Notes: generated from the sequence alone by a model not told the origin. A DNA stretch of 64,000 nucleotides from Blastocatellia bacterium (GCA_963765495.1 CAVXWP010000009.1:160001-224000), one strand, 5' to 3'; counted from the first letter of the stretch, positions 1 through 10,169 are shown. Program-made: numbers and translations.

Positions 1-199
1 TGAAAGTCACAAGCGACATGGGCGCAATTTCGCCCGGACGGTGACAACTCACGCAGTTCTTATAAAAGATAGGGGCGACATCCTTGTTAAAAGTAAGCGC
101 CGATTTGGTGTCATCCTTTGCGCTTGCACCGGAAGAGGCTATCAAGGCCAGGGAAGCGCAGATTCCAAGTGCAAAGAGAACGTTTCGAGCTTTCTTCAT
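1..199 (-). CDS. Secreted c-type cytochrome / monooxygenase-like protein, 5' part (runs off window)
   Basis: Manual translation [30 protein letters not shown]...[28 protein letters not shown]: signal peptide, CxxCH heme motif, GGAGG RBS; not in ORF track. Confidence 0.75.
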   Translation of the reverse strand, partial: MKKARNVLFALGICASLALIASSGASAKDDTKSALTFNKDVAPIFYKNCVSCHRPGEIAPMSLVTF

Positions 200-376
200 T
201 CAGCACCTCCGGGGTGTCGGATCGAGATCAACAGGTACTGCAAAAGATTCGATTCAATAGAAAAAAATCCCGCTCCACTGTTGAGTGCATTCTATGTTCG
301 AGATGCCGACAAGTCAATTGCAGCAGGTCTGTGGCAGATTTTTTCTCTTTTTGAACGGGTACGGCTCCGTCTATCT

Positions 377-571
377 TTAAAGAGGTCTTTTTTTGTGACC
401 GAAAGAGTGATACCTGTGATAGCAATCGCAGCACCTGAAGGGCAGGATCGACACGAGCGACAACAAGAAATCCAGGAGGCCGCGTCTGCGCGAGCGATGT
501 GAGTTCTTACTTCCGCACAATGAACAATGTCTGGATGCGGCAAGGCTCTTTGTGAATATAGTAATTTGCAT
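377..571 (-). CDS. Small zinc-ribbon protein
   Basis: CSLC...RSRRRG...PFRCCDC (two CxxC); start set at ATG 571. Confidence 0.55.
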   Translation of the reverse strand: MQITIFTKSLAASRHCSLCGSKNSHRSRRRGLLDFLLSLVSILPFRCCDCYHRYHSFGHKKRPL

Positions 572-772
572 CGGGTCAAGAACAGATAGAAAGAAATAGA
601 GCGGAAGGACCACGTCGGTTTCCAAAAGGCGTATCTGGCATCCTTCCGCTCTTAGAAGCTCCCGGCTTCTTAACATTACGATCCAAGTTTACAGCGCCGG
701 TCTTAAGTCATGTTTTCAAAGAGGTGAACAAAACCTTAAACCGATCCCGTAAACTCGATACTCCGGGAAGAC

Positions 773-1630
773 TTATCTAAAAATTCCGGCTATTTTGCTC
801 CCTACTTTCTTAAAACCCCTTCCGATTTTCGACATGAATGAGCCGCTCTTTTCAGCCGCATCCTTTCCTTTTTCCATACCTTGCTTGCTGACGCTCACGG
901 TCTTATCCGCAACATCTTCGGATTTGTCGGCTACTGCTTTTCCCACATCCTTTGTCGTATCCACGGTCTTATCGGCCACGTCTTCGGTCTTATCGCCTAC
1001 GGTTTCGCCGACATCTTTCGTAGTGTCTACAGACTTCTCGACGCCTTCCCTGGTGGCATCCTTCACATCCGATGCGACATCTTCGGTCTTATCGGCGGTG
1101 ATCTTCACGCCTTTGACGGCTACCTTGCCGGCTTCCTTCCCGGTGTCGACAGTCTTATCGGCTACGTCCTCGGATTTGTCGGCCACATCCGAGGCTACAT
1201 CCTTAGTCTTGTCCCATGTCTTATCGGCTGCATCTTCGGATTTGTCGGCCACTACTTCACCGGCATTCTTCGTAGCATCCCACGCCTTACCGGCAGATGT
1301 AGCGATTTTGTCGGCGGTCGCATCCATTGCCGATTCGATATCGCTTTCGTCTTCGAGGTTCGCTTCGCGACCGTCACGATATTCGACCTTGACCATTCGC
1401 GCGCCGTCGGGTTGAGTCGTTCGCGTCAAGCGAGCTATATCGCCCGTCTTAAAAGTCCTGATCTCTGTTTTGGTTCCATCTTCTGACGTAAACGTTTCAA
1501 TGGTCGAGCCGTCGCTCTTTACCTTTACATTTGTCTTCTGTTCCTGAATGCTCGCTTTGGATGTCAGAGCTGCGCCTGACACGCCGATAACGAGCGCGAT
1601 TGAAAGAATAAGTGTTGAAATCATTTTCAT
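773..1630 (-). CDS. Secreted LEA-like repeat protein
   Basis: Signal peptide followed by ~11/22-aa periodic repeats (VADKSEDVADKTVDTTKDVG); ATG 1630 with AGAGG RBS. Confidence 0.75.
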   Translation of the reverse strand: MKMISTLILSIALVIGVSGAALTSKASIQEQKTNVKVKSDGSTIETFTSEDGTKTEIRTFKTGDIARLTRTTQPDGARMVKVEYRDGREANLEDESDIESAMDATADKIATSAGKAWDATKNAGEVVADKSEDAADKTWDKTKDVASDVADKSEDVADKTVDTGKEAGKVAVKGVKITADKTEDVASDVKDATREGVEKSVDTTKDVGETVGDKTEDVADKTVDTTKDVGKAVADKSEDVADKTVSVSKQGMEKGKDAAEKSGSFMSKIGRGFKKVGSKIAGIFR

Positions 1631-1675
1631 AGTAAAACCTCTCCCTCTGATCCGAATACTCTCATTATTATTCGA

Positions 1676-1690
1676 GCAACGTTTGTGCCA
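1676..1690 (-). promoter_or_regulatory. sigma54 (-24/-12) promoter of the LEA-like gene
   Basis: Minus strand TGGCAC-AAACG-TTGC matches TGGCAC-N5-TTGC, ~45 nt upstream of the ATG. Confidence 0.7.
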
Positions 1691-1963
1691 GCAAGCAGGA
1701 GACAAACCACATCAATCAGTGGGCCGGATGCGAGCCGAATAGCGAGTTGAAGCCTCGTCAGAGGCAAAACCACGCTGAGTACAAAGTATGGAATCACAAC
1801 GGCGCGTATGAAACAAAGACAACCGCCAGTCAGCTCTGGCTCCAGAGCGAATGGCTCGGATATGAATATTCTTTTAGAATAACGATGTAGGTTTGATTGG
1901 CTGACAGAAGTCAATGCACCGGCGTTCCGGCTACACTATGCTAAGAGACCCTGAGACTTTATT

Positions 1964-2749
1964 GTGAATGATTGTTGGAAGATACTCGATATTGCTCCTA
2001 CCGATGACTTGAGCGCCATCAAGCGAGCTTATCGCGAAATGGTCAAGAGGTATCACCCCGACACGGTCATCACGCCGGAAGAAAAGCGCAAGTACACGAT
2101 CATCTGTGCCCGCATAAACGAAGCATACAGAGAGGCAACTCGCGAGGCAAAAATATCTGCGGGCGTGATTGATGAGGAACCGTTGGAGACGCCGGGGCTG
2201 AAACAGACCGAAGACGCCATCAGGCGTGGCGTCGAATGGTATCGAAACAGCGTTACCTTTCAGGTGGCCGTCTTCGCCTCGCTGTTTGTCTTTATCGCGT
2301 TTCAACTCTTTTCCTATCTGGCCGTGTCAAAGATTGCGCCGCTGCCGGAAACCAGCCTGATAAAGGCTTTTATCAGAATCGGATTGATTCTATTTGTGGC
2401 CGTGGTCATATACGGGATACTGGTGGCAGGCGTACTGGACCTCTTTCTTGTGTTTGTCTTTCCCAGAAATCTGGTATCGAGGCTGGGTCTGAGCAAGTAT
2501 GAAAACAAGCTGTTGTGGCTTTTCGTCCTGGCATCGAACCTGGCGTTTTTCTTCTTCACGAGCATAGTGCCCGCCCCCCATCCGAGCCGCTCTGCTTTTT
2601 CGATCTATGATGCGATATTTCGGGTCATCTGCGCTGGGACGCTTCCCGCCTTTTTCGCTATGAAGTGGATGAGCGATCTGGTGAAGTACAAGCGAGCCAG
2701 AAAAGATGTCGGGGATTTAATGGGAGAGATGGAAAGCCTGTCAGCGTGA
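1964..2749 (+). CDS. J-domain (DnaJ-like) membrane protein
   Basis: N-terminal J domain with HPD motif (KRYHPD) followed by about four hydrophobic segments. Confidence 0.8.
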   Translation: MNDCWKILDIAPTDDLSAIKRAYREMVKRYHPDTVITPEEKRKYTIICARINEAYREATREAKISAGVIDEEPLETPGLKQTEDAIRRGVEWYRNSVTFQVAVFASLFVFIAFQLFSYLAVSKIAPLPETSLIKAFIRIGLILFVAVVIYGILVAGVLDLFLVFVFPRNLVSRLGLSKYENKLLWLFVLASNLAFFFFTSIVPAPHPSRSAFSIYDAIFRVICAGTLPAFFAMKWMSDLVKYKRARKDVGDLMGEMESLSA

Positions 2750-2752
2750 ACA

Positions 2753-2866
2753 GAAGGAGAAGGATGAAGGATGAAGGATGAAAAGACATATCTGGCGTAA
2801 TCACTTATAAATGCCGAACCACCTTAATCGAGATTTTGGAGATCATGTTTTCATCCTTCATCCTTC
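2753..2866. repeat. Inverted pair of tandem heptamers (AAGGATG)n ... (CATCCTT)n
   Basis: About 3 copies on the left arm, 2 on the right arm; overlaps the stop codon at 2858. Confidence 0.8.
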
Positions 2867-3265
2867 GATACGGTCGCGCATCATGTAGGCAGTAGGCAGC
2901 ACCTTATGCGGGCGGAAACCATGTGCTCGCTCAACCAGCCCGTCGCGCTCAAGGTCGGCTACTATCTCTACGGCCTGGCGGTAATTGATCTCGAGTTTCG
3001 TTTGCAGAACCAGGGTCGAGGCATAGCCCATGTTTGTGATTATCGTCAGCACCTTTTTATAAAGATCTTTGCTTACGGGCGACTGCTCGCTTCTTACGAT
3101 CTGTTCGAAGAAGTCCTGATTTACCTCTTCAAACTCGGAGGGAGATTCCTGTTTATCCTCTATCTCTGTTCCATTCGTAGAGAGGACTTCCAGCAGTTCC
3201 CTGAGTTCGAATCGTATAACCCGCAGCCCCTGTCGAAGTTTCTGATATTTTTCAAGATCAGTCAT
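2858..3265 (-). CDS. Stand-alone FtsK-gamma (winged helix) domain protein
   Basis: DLYKKVLTII...ASTLVLQTKLEINYRQAVEIVADLERDGLVERAHGFRPHKVL resembles FtsK gamma; no ATPase domain. Confidence 0.7.
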   Translation of the reverse strand: MTDLEKYQKLRQGLRVIRFELRELLEVLSTNGTEIEDKQESPSEFEEVNQDFFEQIVRSEQSPVSKDLYKKVLTIITNMGYASTLVLQTKLEINYRQAVEIVADLERDGLVERAHGFRPHKVLPTAYMMRDRIEG

Positions 3266-3525
3266 AACCCTTATCCTGTCCCGGCAATCCCGATAAAATG
3301 GCCTGAGGAAATTGTCTGAGAATCCGGCGTGCCAGACGCAATCAATTACTGACAATGTCAGCTTTGGCTTTCAGGGGGTATTTTTAAGAACCAGGGGACT
3401 GGTTGATTCCTGCTCTCAGGCTGCAACCGATGATAGCCGGATTCCTCATCTCAGTCAAGTTTGCAATCACGCTTGTCGCCAGGTCTGTGAGTTGTTAATT
3501 TATTGAAAAAGGAGGGAGTGGCTTT

Positions 3526-3807
3526 ATGGTTTGTCATAGCTGCGGTGGTGAAATCAAGATCGAGGGCTTCATATCGCGCAGTGACGAATGCTCTCATTGT
3601 AGCGCCGATATACATTGCTGTCTGAACTGCGTCCATTACGACACAACCGCGCACAACCGCTGCCGCGAGCCTCAATCCGAATGGGTATCGGACCGCGAAA
3701 AGGCGAACTTCTGCGACTTTTTCACGCCAAATAAACAGGCCGCAACCGGCACCTCTGCTACCAAACAGGATGCGCGCAAGTCCTTCGACGACCTGTTCAA
3801 AATTTGA
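3526..3807 (+). CDS. Conserved Cys-rich hypothetical protein
   Basis: CHSC..CSHC..HCCLNC..CRE..ANFCDFF; strong RBS GGAGGGAG. Confidence 0.75.
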   Translation: MVCHSCGGEIKIEGFISRSDECSHCSADIHCCLNCVHYDTTAHNRCREPQSEWVSDREKANFCDFFTPNKQAATGTSATKQDARKSFDDLFKI

Positions 3808-3965
3808 GCAGTAGGCAGTAGGCAGTAGGCAGTAAGCAGTTATTTGTACTGGAGGCGGATACCAACTATTCACATCCGAATATTGCCTTGCCGAGTTCGC
3901 CCTTTTGACTTTGATCTTGATTATCAGCTTAACTGCCTACTGCCTACTGCCTACTGCTTACTGCT
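3808..3965. repeat. Inverted pair of tandem heptamers (GCAGTAG)n ... (CTACTGC)n
   Basis: About 4-5 copies per arm between convergent genes. Confidence 0.85.
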
Positions 3966-5764
3966 TAAGCAGGCTGGATCGTATCGTCATCGCCCAGTGA
4001 GTACTGTATCGCGGCAAGCCGCCCCTGTGCGCGGGCGATGTCGCGCAGGGTGATGATGCCGAGCAGGCGTGTGTCGTCTACGCGGGAGACTACAGGGAGT
4101 TGTGATAACTCTCTCTGGGCGAGTTTCAATACCACCGTATCGAGGGTTTGATCCGGGTGCGAGTGAACAACCTTTTGAATCATGGTCGCAGAGATAAATT
4201 CATGCTCCCTTCCATCGGCCTCCAGCCTTCTGAGATCGCCCGTAGTTATCAGCCCAACCATATGCCCGTCTTTGAGCACCGGGTAGCCGTTGAAATCCAG
4301 CCGCCCGACCACGTCCAGGGCTTCGGCTACGGTTATATCATCGGGCAAGGTCACTACGTCGCGCGTCATCACGGAAGCCGCCGTGATTCGCGCAAGCGCA
4401 TCGGTCCTTGGTCCGTGTCCCAGATGTATGCCGTCTTGAAACAGAAAGGACTCGTATATCGAAAGCGTCATCAGCTTGGAGGCCACGGCATATGCAAGCG
4501 CGTTTGCGATCATCACCGGCAGAATGATCTCGTAGTTGTAGGTCATCTCGAATATCAAAAGGATAGAGGTGATCGGCACGCGAATCACAGCGGCAAATAC
4601 GGCCCCCATGCCTACGAGCGCAAATGCGCCCCGCGCAATCTCGGCGCTCGGTTCGAGGTAGAACAATACGTGCCAGGTAGCCGCGCCGAGCATTCCGCCT
4701 ATGAACATCGAGGGTCCGAGAACGCCTCCGCTCATCCCCGCGCCGTAGCTGAACGACGAGGCCAGAATCTTTGCAAGCATCAACGCCAGCACGCCTTTCA
4801 GCACAAGCTGGTCTTTGCCTTGAAGAACGGTTCCCAGGAAATCGTATCCGAGCCCGAGCGCCTGCGGCTGCCAGAGACCGATGATGCCGACAATCGCGCC
4901 CCCGGCGGCGGGCTTTGACCATCCCGGCAGGTGCAGGCGGTCGCGGAAGGTGCCTCGCAGCCACAAAACGAGTTTTGCAAACGCGACCCCTACGACTCCA
5001 GCCGTGATTCCAAGCGCGGCATAAGCGAGCAACTCCGACGGATGGTTTAGCGCGTAAATATTGGCCCCGATGAAAAGCGGGTGCGCCCCAAGCAGCCAGC
5101 GCTCGATTGTCGAAGAGATGACCGCCGCTATCACTATCGAGGCGGCGAGCTTTTGATTCAGATCCCCGATTATCTCTTCGAGCGCGAATGTGACGGCGGC
5201 TATCGGCGTGTTGAAGGCGGCGGCTATCGCGGCGGCGGCCCCGACCGGCAATTGATTCATCTGCTTGCGGCGCGGGATGGAAAACAACTTCGCTATCGAA
5301 TGAGAGATCGCCGCGCAGATTTGCACCGTAGGTCCTTCGCGCCCCAGGCTTGCTCCCGACCCTACGCACAGCGCCGAAATTATTGCCTTCCCTGCGGCCA
5401 CTCGCATTGGAATTCGACCGTAATCGAGAGAGTAAGCCACCTTAACCTGCGGAATGCCGCTGCCGCGCGCCTCGGGCACGAAGTAGTGGAGTATCAATCC
5501 GGCGGCAAGCCCGCCAAGTGTTGGAACAACCAGCATCCAGACTACGCGCGACGGACCTTGAAGCTCCATCACGCGGCCAATGAGGTTGGAGGTGATAAGG
5601 CGGATCAGAAAGTGATACAACACCGCCACGAGCCCGCAGGCAACGGCTATTGTGATCGTGAGGATGAAATATTTCTGGTTGGTCGGTAATCGCAGGCGAT
5701 GGAATAATCGCGTAGCAATAATTTCGACGCGGTGCCGCTTGCTTGTAAACGCTGCTTGCTCCAC
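3965..5764 (-). CDS. ClC-family chloride channel/antiporter with CBS pair
   Basis: GSGIP and GREGP signature motifs, many TM helices, C-terminal CBS domains. Confidence 0.93.
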   Translation of the reverse strand: MEQAAFTSKRHRVEIIATRLFHRLRLPTNQKYFILTITIAVACGLVAVLYHFLIRLITSNLIGRVMELQGPSRVVWMLVVPTLGGLAAGLILHYFVPEARGSGIPQVKVAYSLDYGRIPMRVAAGKAIISALCVGSGASLGREGPTVQICAAISHSIAKLFSIPRRKQMNQLPVGAAAAIAAAFNTPIAAVTFALEEIIGDLNQKLAASIVIAAVISSTIERWLLGAHPLFIGANIYALNHPSELLAYAALGITAGVVGVAFAKLVLWLRGTFRDRLHLPGWSKPAAGGAIVGIIGLWQPQALGLGYDFLGTVLQGKDQLVLKGVLALMLAKILASSFSYGAGMSGGVLGPSMFIGGMLGAATWHVLFYLEPSAEIARGAFALVGMGAVFAAVIRVPITSILLIFEMTYNYEIILPVMIANALAYAVASKLMTLSIYESFLFQDGIHLGHGPRTDALARITAASVMTRDVVTLPDDITVAEALDVVGRLDFNGYPVLKDGHMVGLITTGDLRRLEADGREHEFISATMIQKVVHSHPDQTLDTVVLKLAQRELSQLPVVSRVDDTRLLGIITLRDIARAQGRLAAIQYSLGDDDTIQPA

Positions 5765-5853
5765 TTTATTACAAGGTTACAGGTGACAGGGTTTCGCCGC
5801 GTCTCCGTGTCCCCTATGCAACCACGGTCGCGTTCCCGCTTCGCTATTCCCCC

Positions 5854-6690
5854 TCATTTGCGAGCCGGTGCCGAAGCGGCTTTCAACTCGTTCGTCACTT
5901 TCTTTACGCCCGGAGTGCCTTGAGCTACGCGCTCGGCCAAAAGCTTTTCGGCTATGGATCGGACTGTGCCGGAAAGAGTAACCGCGCCGTCATTTGCCGT
6001 GATAGTTGTCGTAGAGAGATCGAACGCGCCTGTTCTGAACAACTCGAATTCGACGCGTTTTGCCAGATCAGCGTTGGGGTCTGCGGGCGGTTCGGTTGCG
6101 CGCGGCGGCTCGGTCGCCGCCTGTGGATTTACGATAGAGAGATTATTAGTAACGCCTGAGACTCCATTGACGGAGCGCGCCAGTTGCTCTGCCCCGTTGT
6201 TTTGCGCCGGGGTCTGGACCGTGCCCGAAAGCGTGACCGTTCTGTCTTCAACCTTTACATCGATCTTCTGGCCCGCAAGTTCGGGGCTCTTAGCGATTGC
6301 TTCGAGTATATCGGCGCGAATTTCGAGGTCTTCCACGTGCACGCTTTCGGTTGTCGGTTGAGCGCCGGGATTGACTGCCAGCTGGTTGTTGACATCGTTT
6401 ACACCCGGAGTGTCGCGCGCTATCTCACCGGCAAAGGATTTTACATCTTCGGAAGGAACCTGCCCTGTCAGTGTGACTGTGCCGCCACTGGTTTCAACTC
6501 CTATGTCATAGCCCGAAACGCGCTTCGACAAACTGAGCGAGGCTCTCACCCTATCGGATGTCTTCTCATCTTCGGATGAGGAGGTAAATGACTTGACCCA
6601 GCCCGGCAGACTCCAGCCGTGAGTGTAAAAATAGTAGCCCGCGCCGCCCAACAACAGGAGCATGATCAAAAGAGGAACGATTCTCCGCAT
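5854..6690 (-). CDS. BON-domain protein (three BON domains)
   Basis: Repeated VTLTG/VTLSG...A...PGV..V.N.L units after an N-terminal anchor. Confidence 0.9.
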   Translation of the reverse strand: MRRIVPLLIMLLLLGGAGYYFYTHGWSLPGWVKSFTSSSEDEKTSDRVRASLSLSKRVSGYDIGVETSGGTVTLTGQVPSEDVKSFAGEIARDTPGVNDVNNQLAVNPGAQPTTESVHVEDLEIRADILEAIAKSPELAGQKIDVKVEDRTVTLSGTVQTPAQNNGAEQLARSVNGVSGVTNNLSIVNPQAATEPPRATEPPADPNADLAKRVEFELFRTGAFDLSTTTITANDGAVTLSGTVRSIAEKLLAERVAQGTPGVKKVTNELKAASAPARK

Positions 6691-6821
6691 TAAGTTTGGC
6701 CTCCTGGTGAATGAAGGCGACCATCATACCATAACGATAGGGAGTAAGGTACAGACGGACGATATTATTAACGCCGATTTCTTTGACCAGACATATCCCG
6801 CCGAGTACAATCCAGGCGATC

Positions 6822-7886
6822 ATGAAATCACTATCAATCAGGATTATTTGCTCAATCTTTTTATCTGCTGTCGTCGTCTTCGCGGGCGCAGGTGACATCG
6901 GATGGAAGGCTCAGGACAGCAAGACTACATCCGAGTTTCGCGGCCTAAGCGTCGCGGGTTCCAACATTGTATGGGCAAGCGGAACCAGGGGCGTTTTTTC
7001 GCGGACTACGGATGGCGGCGCAAACTGGCATACGGCGGCGGTTGAGGGAGCCGAATCTCTTGACTTTCGCGATGTTCAGGCTGTTGACCAGAACACTGCT
7101 TACCTGCTCAGCATCGGGCCGCAATCGAGGATTTATAAGACTACGGATGGAGGCAGCAACTGGGCCTTGCAATATTCCAATGACAAAGAGGGTGTATTTT
7201 TCGACGCCTTTGCCTTCTGGGACGCGCAACACGGAGTAGCATTCAGCGACCCGGTGAGCAGCAGTTTTCTGATCATCACAACTTCTGACGGCGGCAAAAC
7301 ATGGAATGAGGTTCCCCGTAAAAATATACCGCCTCCACTCGAAGGCGAAGCGGCTTTCGCGGCGAGCGGCACCTGCATAGCGGTTCAGGGGAACGCAAAT
7401 GCGTGGATTGGAACCGGAGGCGGGCGGGTCTCGCGCGTGCTTCGTTCGACCGACCGGGGCCGCACCTGGGCCGCAGCCGAAACACCAATCAGCGCGGGCA
7501 GCCAGTCGTCGGGCATCTTCTCGATAGCATTCAGGGACGCCAAAAACGGAGTAGCTGTGGGCGGCGATTACAAGACCCCCGACGGCGCTGGCGATAACAT
7601 CGCCAGGACTACAGACGGCGGCAGGACGTGGACATTGATCAAAGGTGCTCGACCGGCAGGGTACAAATCCTGTGTCGCCTACGTTCCGGGAACGGGCAAG
7701 CCCGCGCTTGTAGCGGTGGGGCTTTCGGGCTCGGGCTATTCGATTGACGACGGCAAGACCTGGGTGAACATAGACGCAACCGGCTATAACAGCGTCAGCT
7801 TTGCCGCGCCCTCAGCCGGATGGGCAGCGGGCGCGGGCGGGCGCATAGCGGCACTCGCCGGAGCGATCTCGCCTTCCAAAAAATAG
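6822..7886 (+). CDS. Secreted BNR/Asp-box beta-propeller (YCF48-like)
   Basis: Repeated T-D-G-G-x-T/N-W Asp boxes; signal peptide. Confidence 0.85.
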   Translation: MKSLSIRIICSIFLSAVVVFAGAGDIGWKAQDSKTTSEFRGLSVAGSNIVWASGTRGVFSRTTDGGANWHTAAVEGAESLDFRDVQAVDQNTAYLLSIGPQSRIYKTTDGGSNWALQYSNDKEGVFFDAFAFWDAQHGVAFSDPVSSSFLIITTSDGGKTWNEVPRKNIPPPLEGEAAFAASGTCIAVQGNANAWIGTGGGRVSRVLRSTDRGRTWAAAETPISAGSQSSGIFSIAFRDAKNGVAVGGDYKTPDGAGDNIARTTDGGRTWTLIKGARPAGYKSCVAYVPGTGKPALVAVGLSGSGYSIDDGKTWVNIDATGYNSVSFAAPSAGWAAGAGGRIAALAGAISPSKK

Positions 7887-7931
7887 CTCTACTGGGAAGC
7901 AAATGAAACGGACATTCGTGAGTCAATGTAA

Positions 7932-8939
7932 TTACCGGGCGGAAGACTGCCGCTCGATTTCGATGAGCGGACACGGCACCCCTTCGCTTGTGGCAAGCAA
8001 AGCCTTCCCATCCGAGCTATAACAGATGGACTCACCCTGGCGGCGCTTGCCCAAATTGATCGGAGTGAGAGGCTGTTTCCATACTTCATCAAATCCCTTC
8101 CCGTCATCGTCGGGCAATGTGATTTCGTAGCCCCCGAGATAATCGCACAAGACTACTCTCCGTCCATCAGGTGCACAATCGCCGCCTGTAAACAGGCCGC
8201 CGAGAAAGGCCGGTGCGCTGACCTCTCCGACACGAACCAGAGTGTTTGGCTTTGAGGCTGATATTGGAGCGGCAAGTTTATAGATTCCTGCCGGAGCGCC
8301 CAAAATTTTAGTGACAATATACAGGTCTCCGGTCATCGGATGAACAAGCAGCGTTTCCGCGTCGTGACTGCCATCCGGGTATCTGAGACGAATCGCCTGT
8401 GCAGGCTCGGTGTTTTGAGGTCTGCTTTTCGTGGAGGCATCGTTTTCGACGATAGCAGGCTCGGCCACACGATAGACGACTATCTCAGCGCGGCTCTTGC
8501 CGTTATCGCCGATGTCCCCGATGTAGAGATAAGGGCGGCCCGGTTCAGGGCCGGGCCCCATGGCTATGTCTTCCCAATCGCGGGCCTTCGCGCCTGTCAC
8601 TCGCCAGACCCCGCGCCGTTTGCAATTGCGGTCCAGGCCGTAAAGGAACGGGCCGTCCCCGCTGTCGTTGTGAGTCCAAAACATACCGGGGTTGAGGCGA
8701 GAAGCAACTATCCCGCTGCTCTCATTTATGGTCTTGTCTTCGAGATCGCAGAGTAAAACCGGCTCCTTATAACTGGCGACCTGATTGGCGGAACCAGCCG
8801 GCTGCGCATCGGCGCGCTCCTGATTTGAAGCAACAGGTTTTAGCGTATTCTCAGACGGCGCGCTCGGTGTTTTTCCGCACGCCGCCAGAGTGATCAGGCA
8901 AAAGATGATTGATACTTTTACTGCTTGGTAGCTCATCAT
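7932..8939 (-). CDS. Lipoprotein, beta-propeller (ESSG/HNDSG/DWED family)
   Basis: Lipobox LAAC; ESSG, WTHNDSG, DWEDIA and DIGDN motifs. Confidence 0.75.
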   Translation of the reverse strand: MMSYQAVKVSIIFCLITLAACGKTPSAPSENTLKPVASNQERADAQPAGSANQVASYKEPVLLCDLEDKTINESSGIVASRLNPGMFWTHNDSGDGPFLYGLDRNCKRRGVWRVTGAKARDWEDIAMGPGPEPGRPYLYIGDIGDNGKSRAEIVVYRVAEPAIVENDASTKSRPQNTEPAQAIRLRYPDGSHDAETLLVHPMTGDLYIVTKILGAPAGIYKLAAPISASKPNTLVRVGEVSAPAFLGGLFTGGDCAPDGRRVVLCDYLGGYEITLPDDDGKGFDEVWKQPLTPINLGKRRQGESICYSSDGKALLATSEGVPCPLIEIERQSSAR

Positions 8940-9014
8940 GAAGGAAATAATAACAGGATGTTTGAAGGTGCGCTGTCTGACTTGCGGTGAGGAGATGAAA
9001 GGTTGATATGGAGT

Positions 9015-9152
9015 GAAAAAAGCCCGGCCACAAAAGCCGGTGTTGCCCCCGTAACCCCGACCCTTGTGGCCATATTTTTTGCTTTTTCTATTTAACAGTG
9101 ACCGGCATTGCCCCCTTAACCCCGGTCACTGTGCAGCCTTTTGAGCTACGCT
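9015..9152 (-). ncRNA. Candidate sigma54-dependent small RNA with two homologous hairpins
   Basis: Hairpins at 9095-9132 and 9026-9071 share the loop GGUUA(A/C)GGGGGCAA; G-U pairs form only on the minus strand; U-tract at 9016-9021; promoter upstream. Confidence 0.65.
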
Positions 9153-9162
9153 TATAGAATAG

Positions 9163-9177
9163 GCAATGCTCGTGCCA
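9163..9177 (-). promoter_or_regulatory. sigma54 (-24/-12) promoter
   Basis: Minus strand TGGCAC-GAGCA-TTGC. Confidence 0.7.
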
Positions 9178-9303
9178 GCGGCTGCAACCCGGTTGGGTAA
9201 TTCTAAGTCGTTGAAAATACGAAATTGATCAAACCGGCCTACCCGAAAGGGTAACGGAAATTGGGATTTTGAGATGACAAAACTCGTCACCCGATAGCTG
9301 ATC

Positions 9304-9402
9304 CGTGATGCGTGAGATCAGAAATACCCCGTTAAAAGAAAACTCTATTTATTGTCACGCATCACGCATCACGCATCAACTATCACGGATCACGCATCAC
9401 GC
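9304..9402. repeat. Heptamer repeat cluster (ATCACGC)n with a short inverted arm
   Basis: CGTGATGCGTGA at 9304; about 6 imperfect ATCACGC copies at 9355-9402. Confidence 0.7.
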
Positions 9403-9410
9403 CCTAAAAT

Positions 9411-10169
9411 TTAACGCGCGCAGGTGAGCGCCCGCCCGCCGTCTATGCTTATAGTAGCGCCAGTTATCCAGCCTGCTTTTTCAGAGGCAAGAAAGTAAAT
9501 CAACTCGGCGATCTCAACGGCCTCGCCTGCGCGACCGAGCGGGTGTGTAGACTTGCTGTGTTCAAGAAAGGCTTGATAAGCCTGTTCATCCATCCCGCCT
9601 GAGCGATGAAGATTGCTTACGACTACCCCGGGATTGACGGCGTTTACGCGAACCCCTTTCGGAGCGAGTTCAAGCGCCGCACATCGCGTCAACTGATCGA
9701 GACCCGCTTTGCTGACGCAGTAAGCCAGCACTCCCGGAAAGGATCGCAACCCCGTAACGCTCGACACATTTACTATATTACCCTGTGAGCGCTCAAGCGC
9801 AGGCGCAGCCAGTTTCATCAGGTGAAATATCGACCGCAGATTGATATTCATCATCTCATCCCACAGCGCAAGCGACGTAGCTTCAAGACCCCCGCTCTTG
9901 AGAATGCCCGCGCTGTTTATAAGCACATCCAATCCGCCGAGCGTCTCGACCGACTGATTCAAAGCCTCCCGGGTCTGTTGTTCATCAGAAAGATCAGCAG
10001 CCACAACAACGGCATTGCCCTCGCCTGACGACTGCGCGGCAACTTCCGAAAGCGCGCTTTCTCGACGACCGAGGAGAGCTACCTGCGCCCCTGCCTGAAT
10101 GAAGAGTTGAGCCGAGGCGCGCCCTATCCCGCTAGACGCGCCTGTGATAATCACTTTTTTATCTTTCAT
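9411..10169 (-). CDS. Short-chain dehydrogenase/reductase
   Basis: TGASSGIG, NSAG, YCVSK and VNAVNPG motifs. Confidence 0.93.
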   Translation of the reverse strand: MKDKKVIITGASSGIGRASAQLFIQAGAQVALLGRRESALSEVAAQSSGEGNAVVVAADLSDEQQTREALNQSVETLGGLDVLINSAGILKSGGLEATSLALWDEMMNINLRSIFHLMKLAAPALERSQGNIVNVSSVTGLRSFPGVLAYCVSKAGLDQLTRCAALELAPKGVRVNAVNPGVVVSNLHRSGGMDEQAYQAFLEHSKSTHPLGRAGEAVEIAELIYFLASEKAGWITGATISIDGGRALTCAR

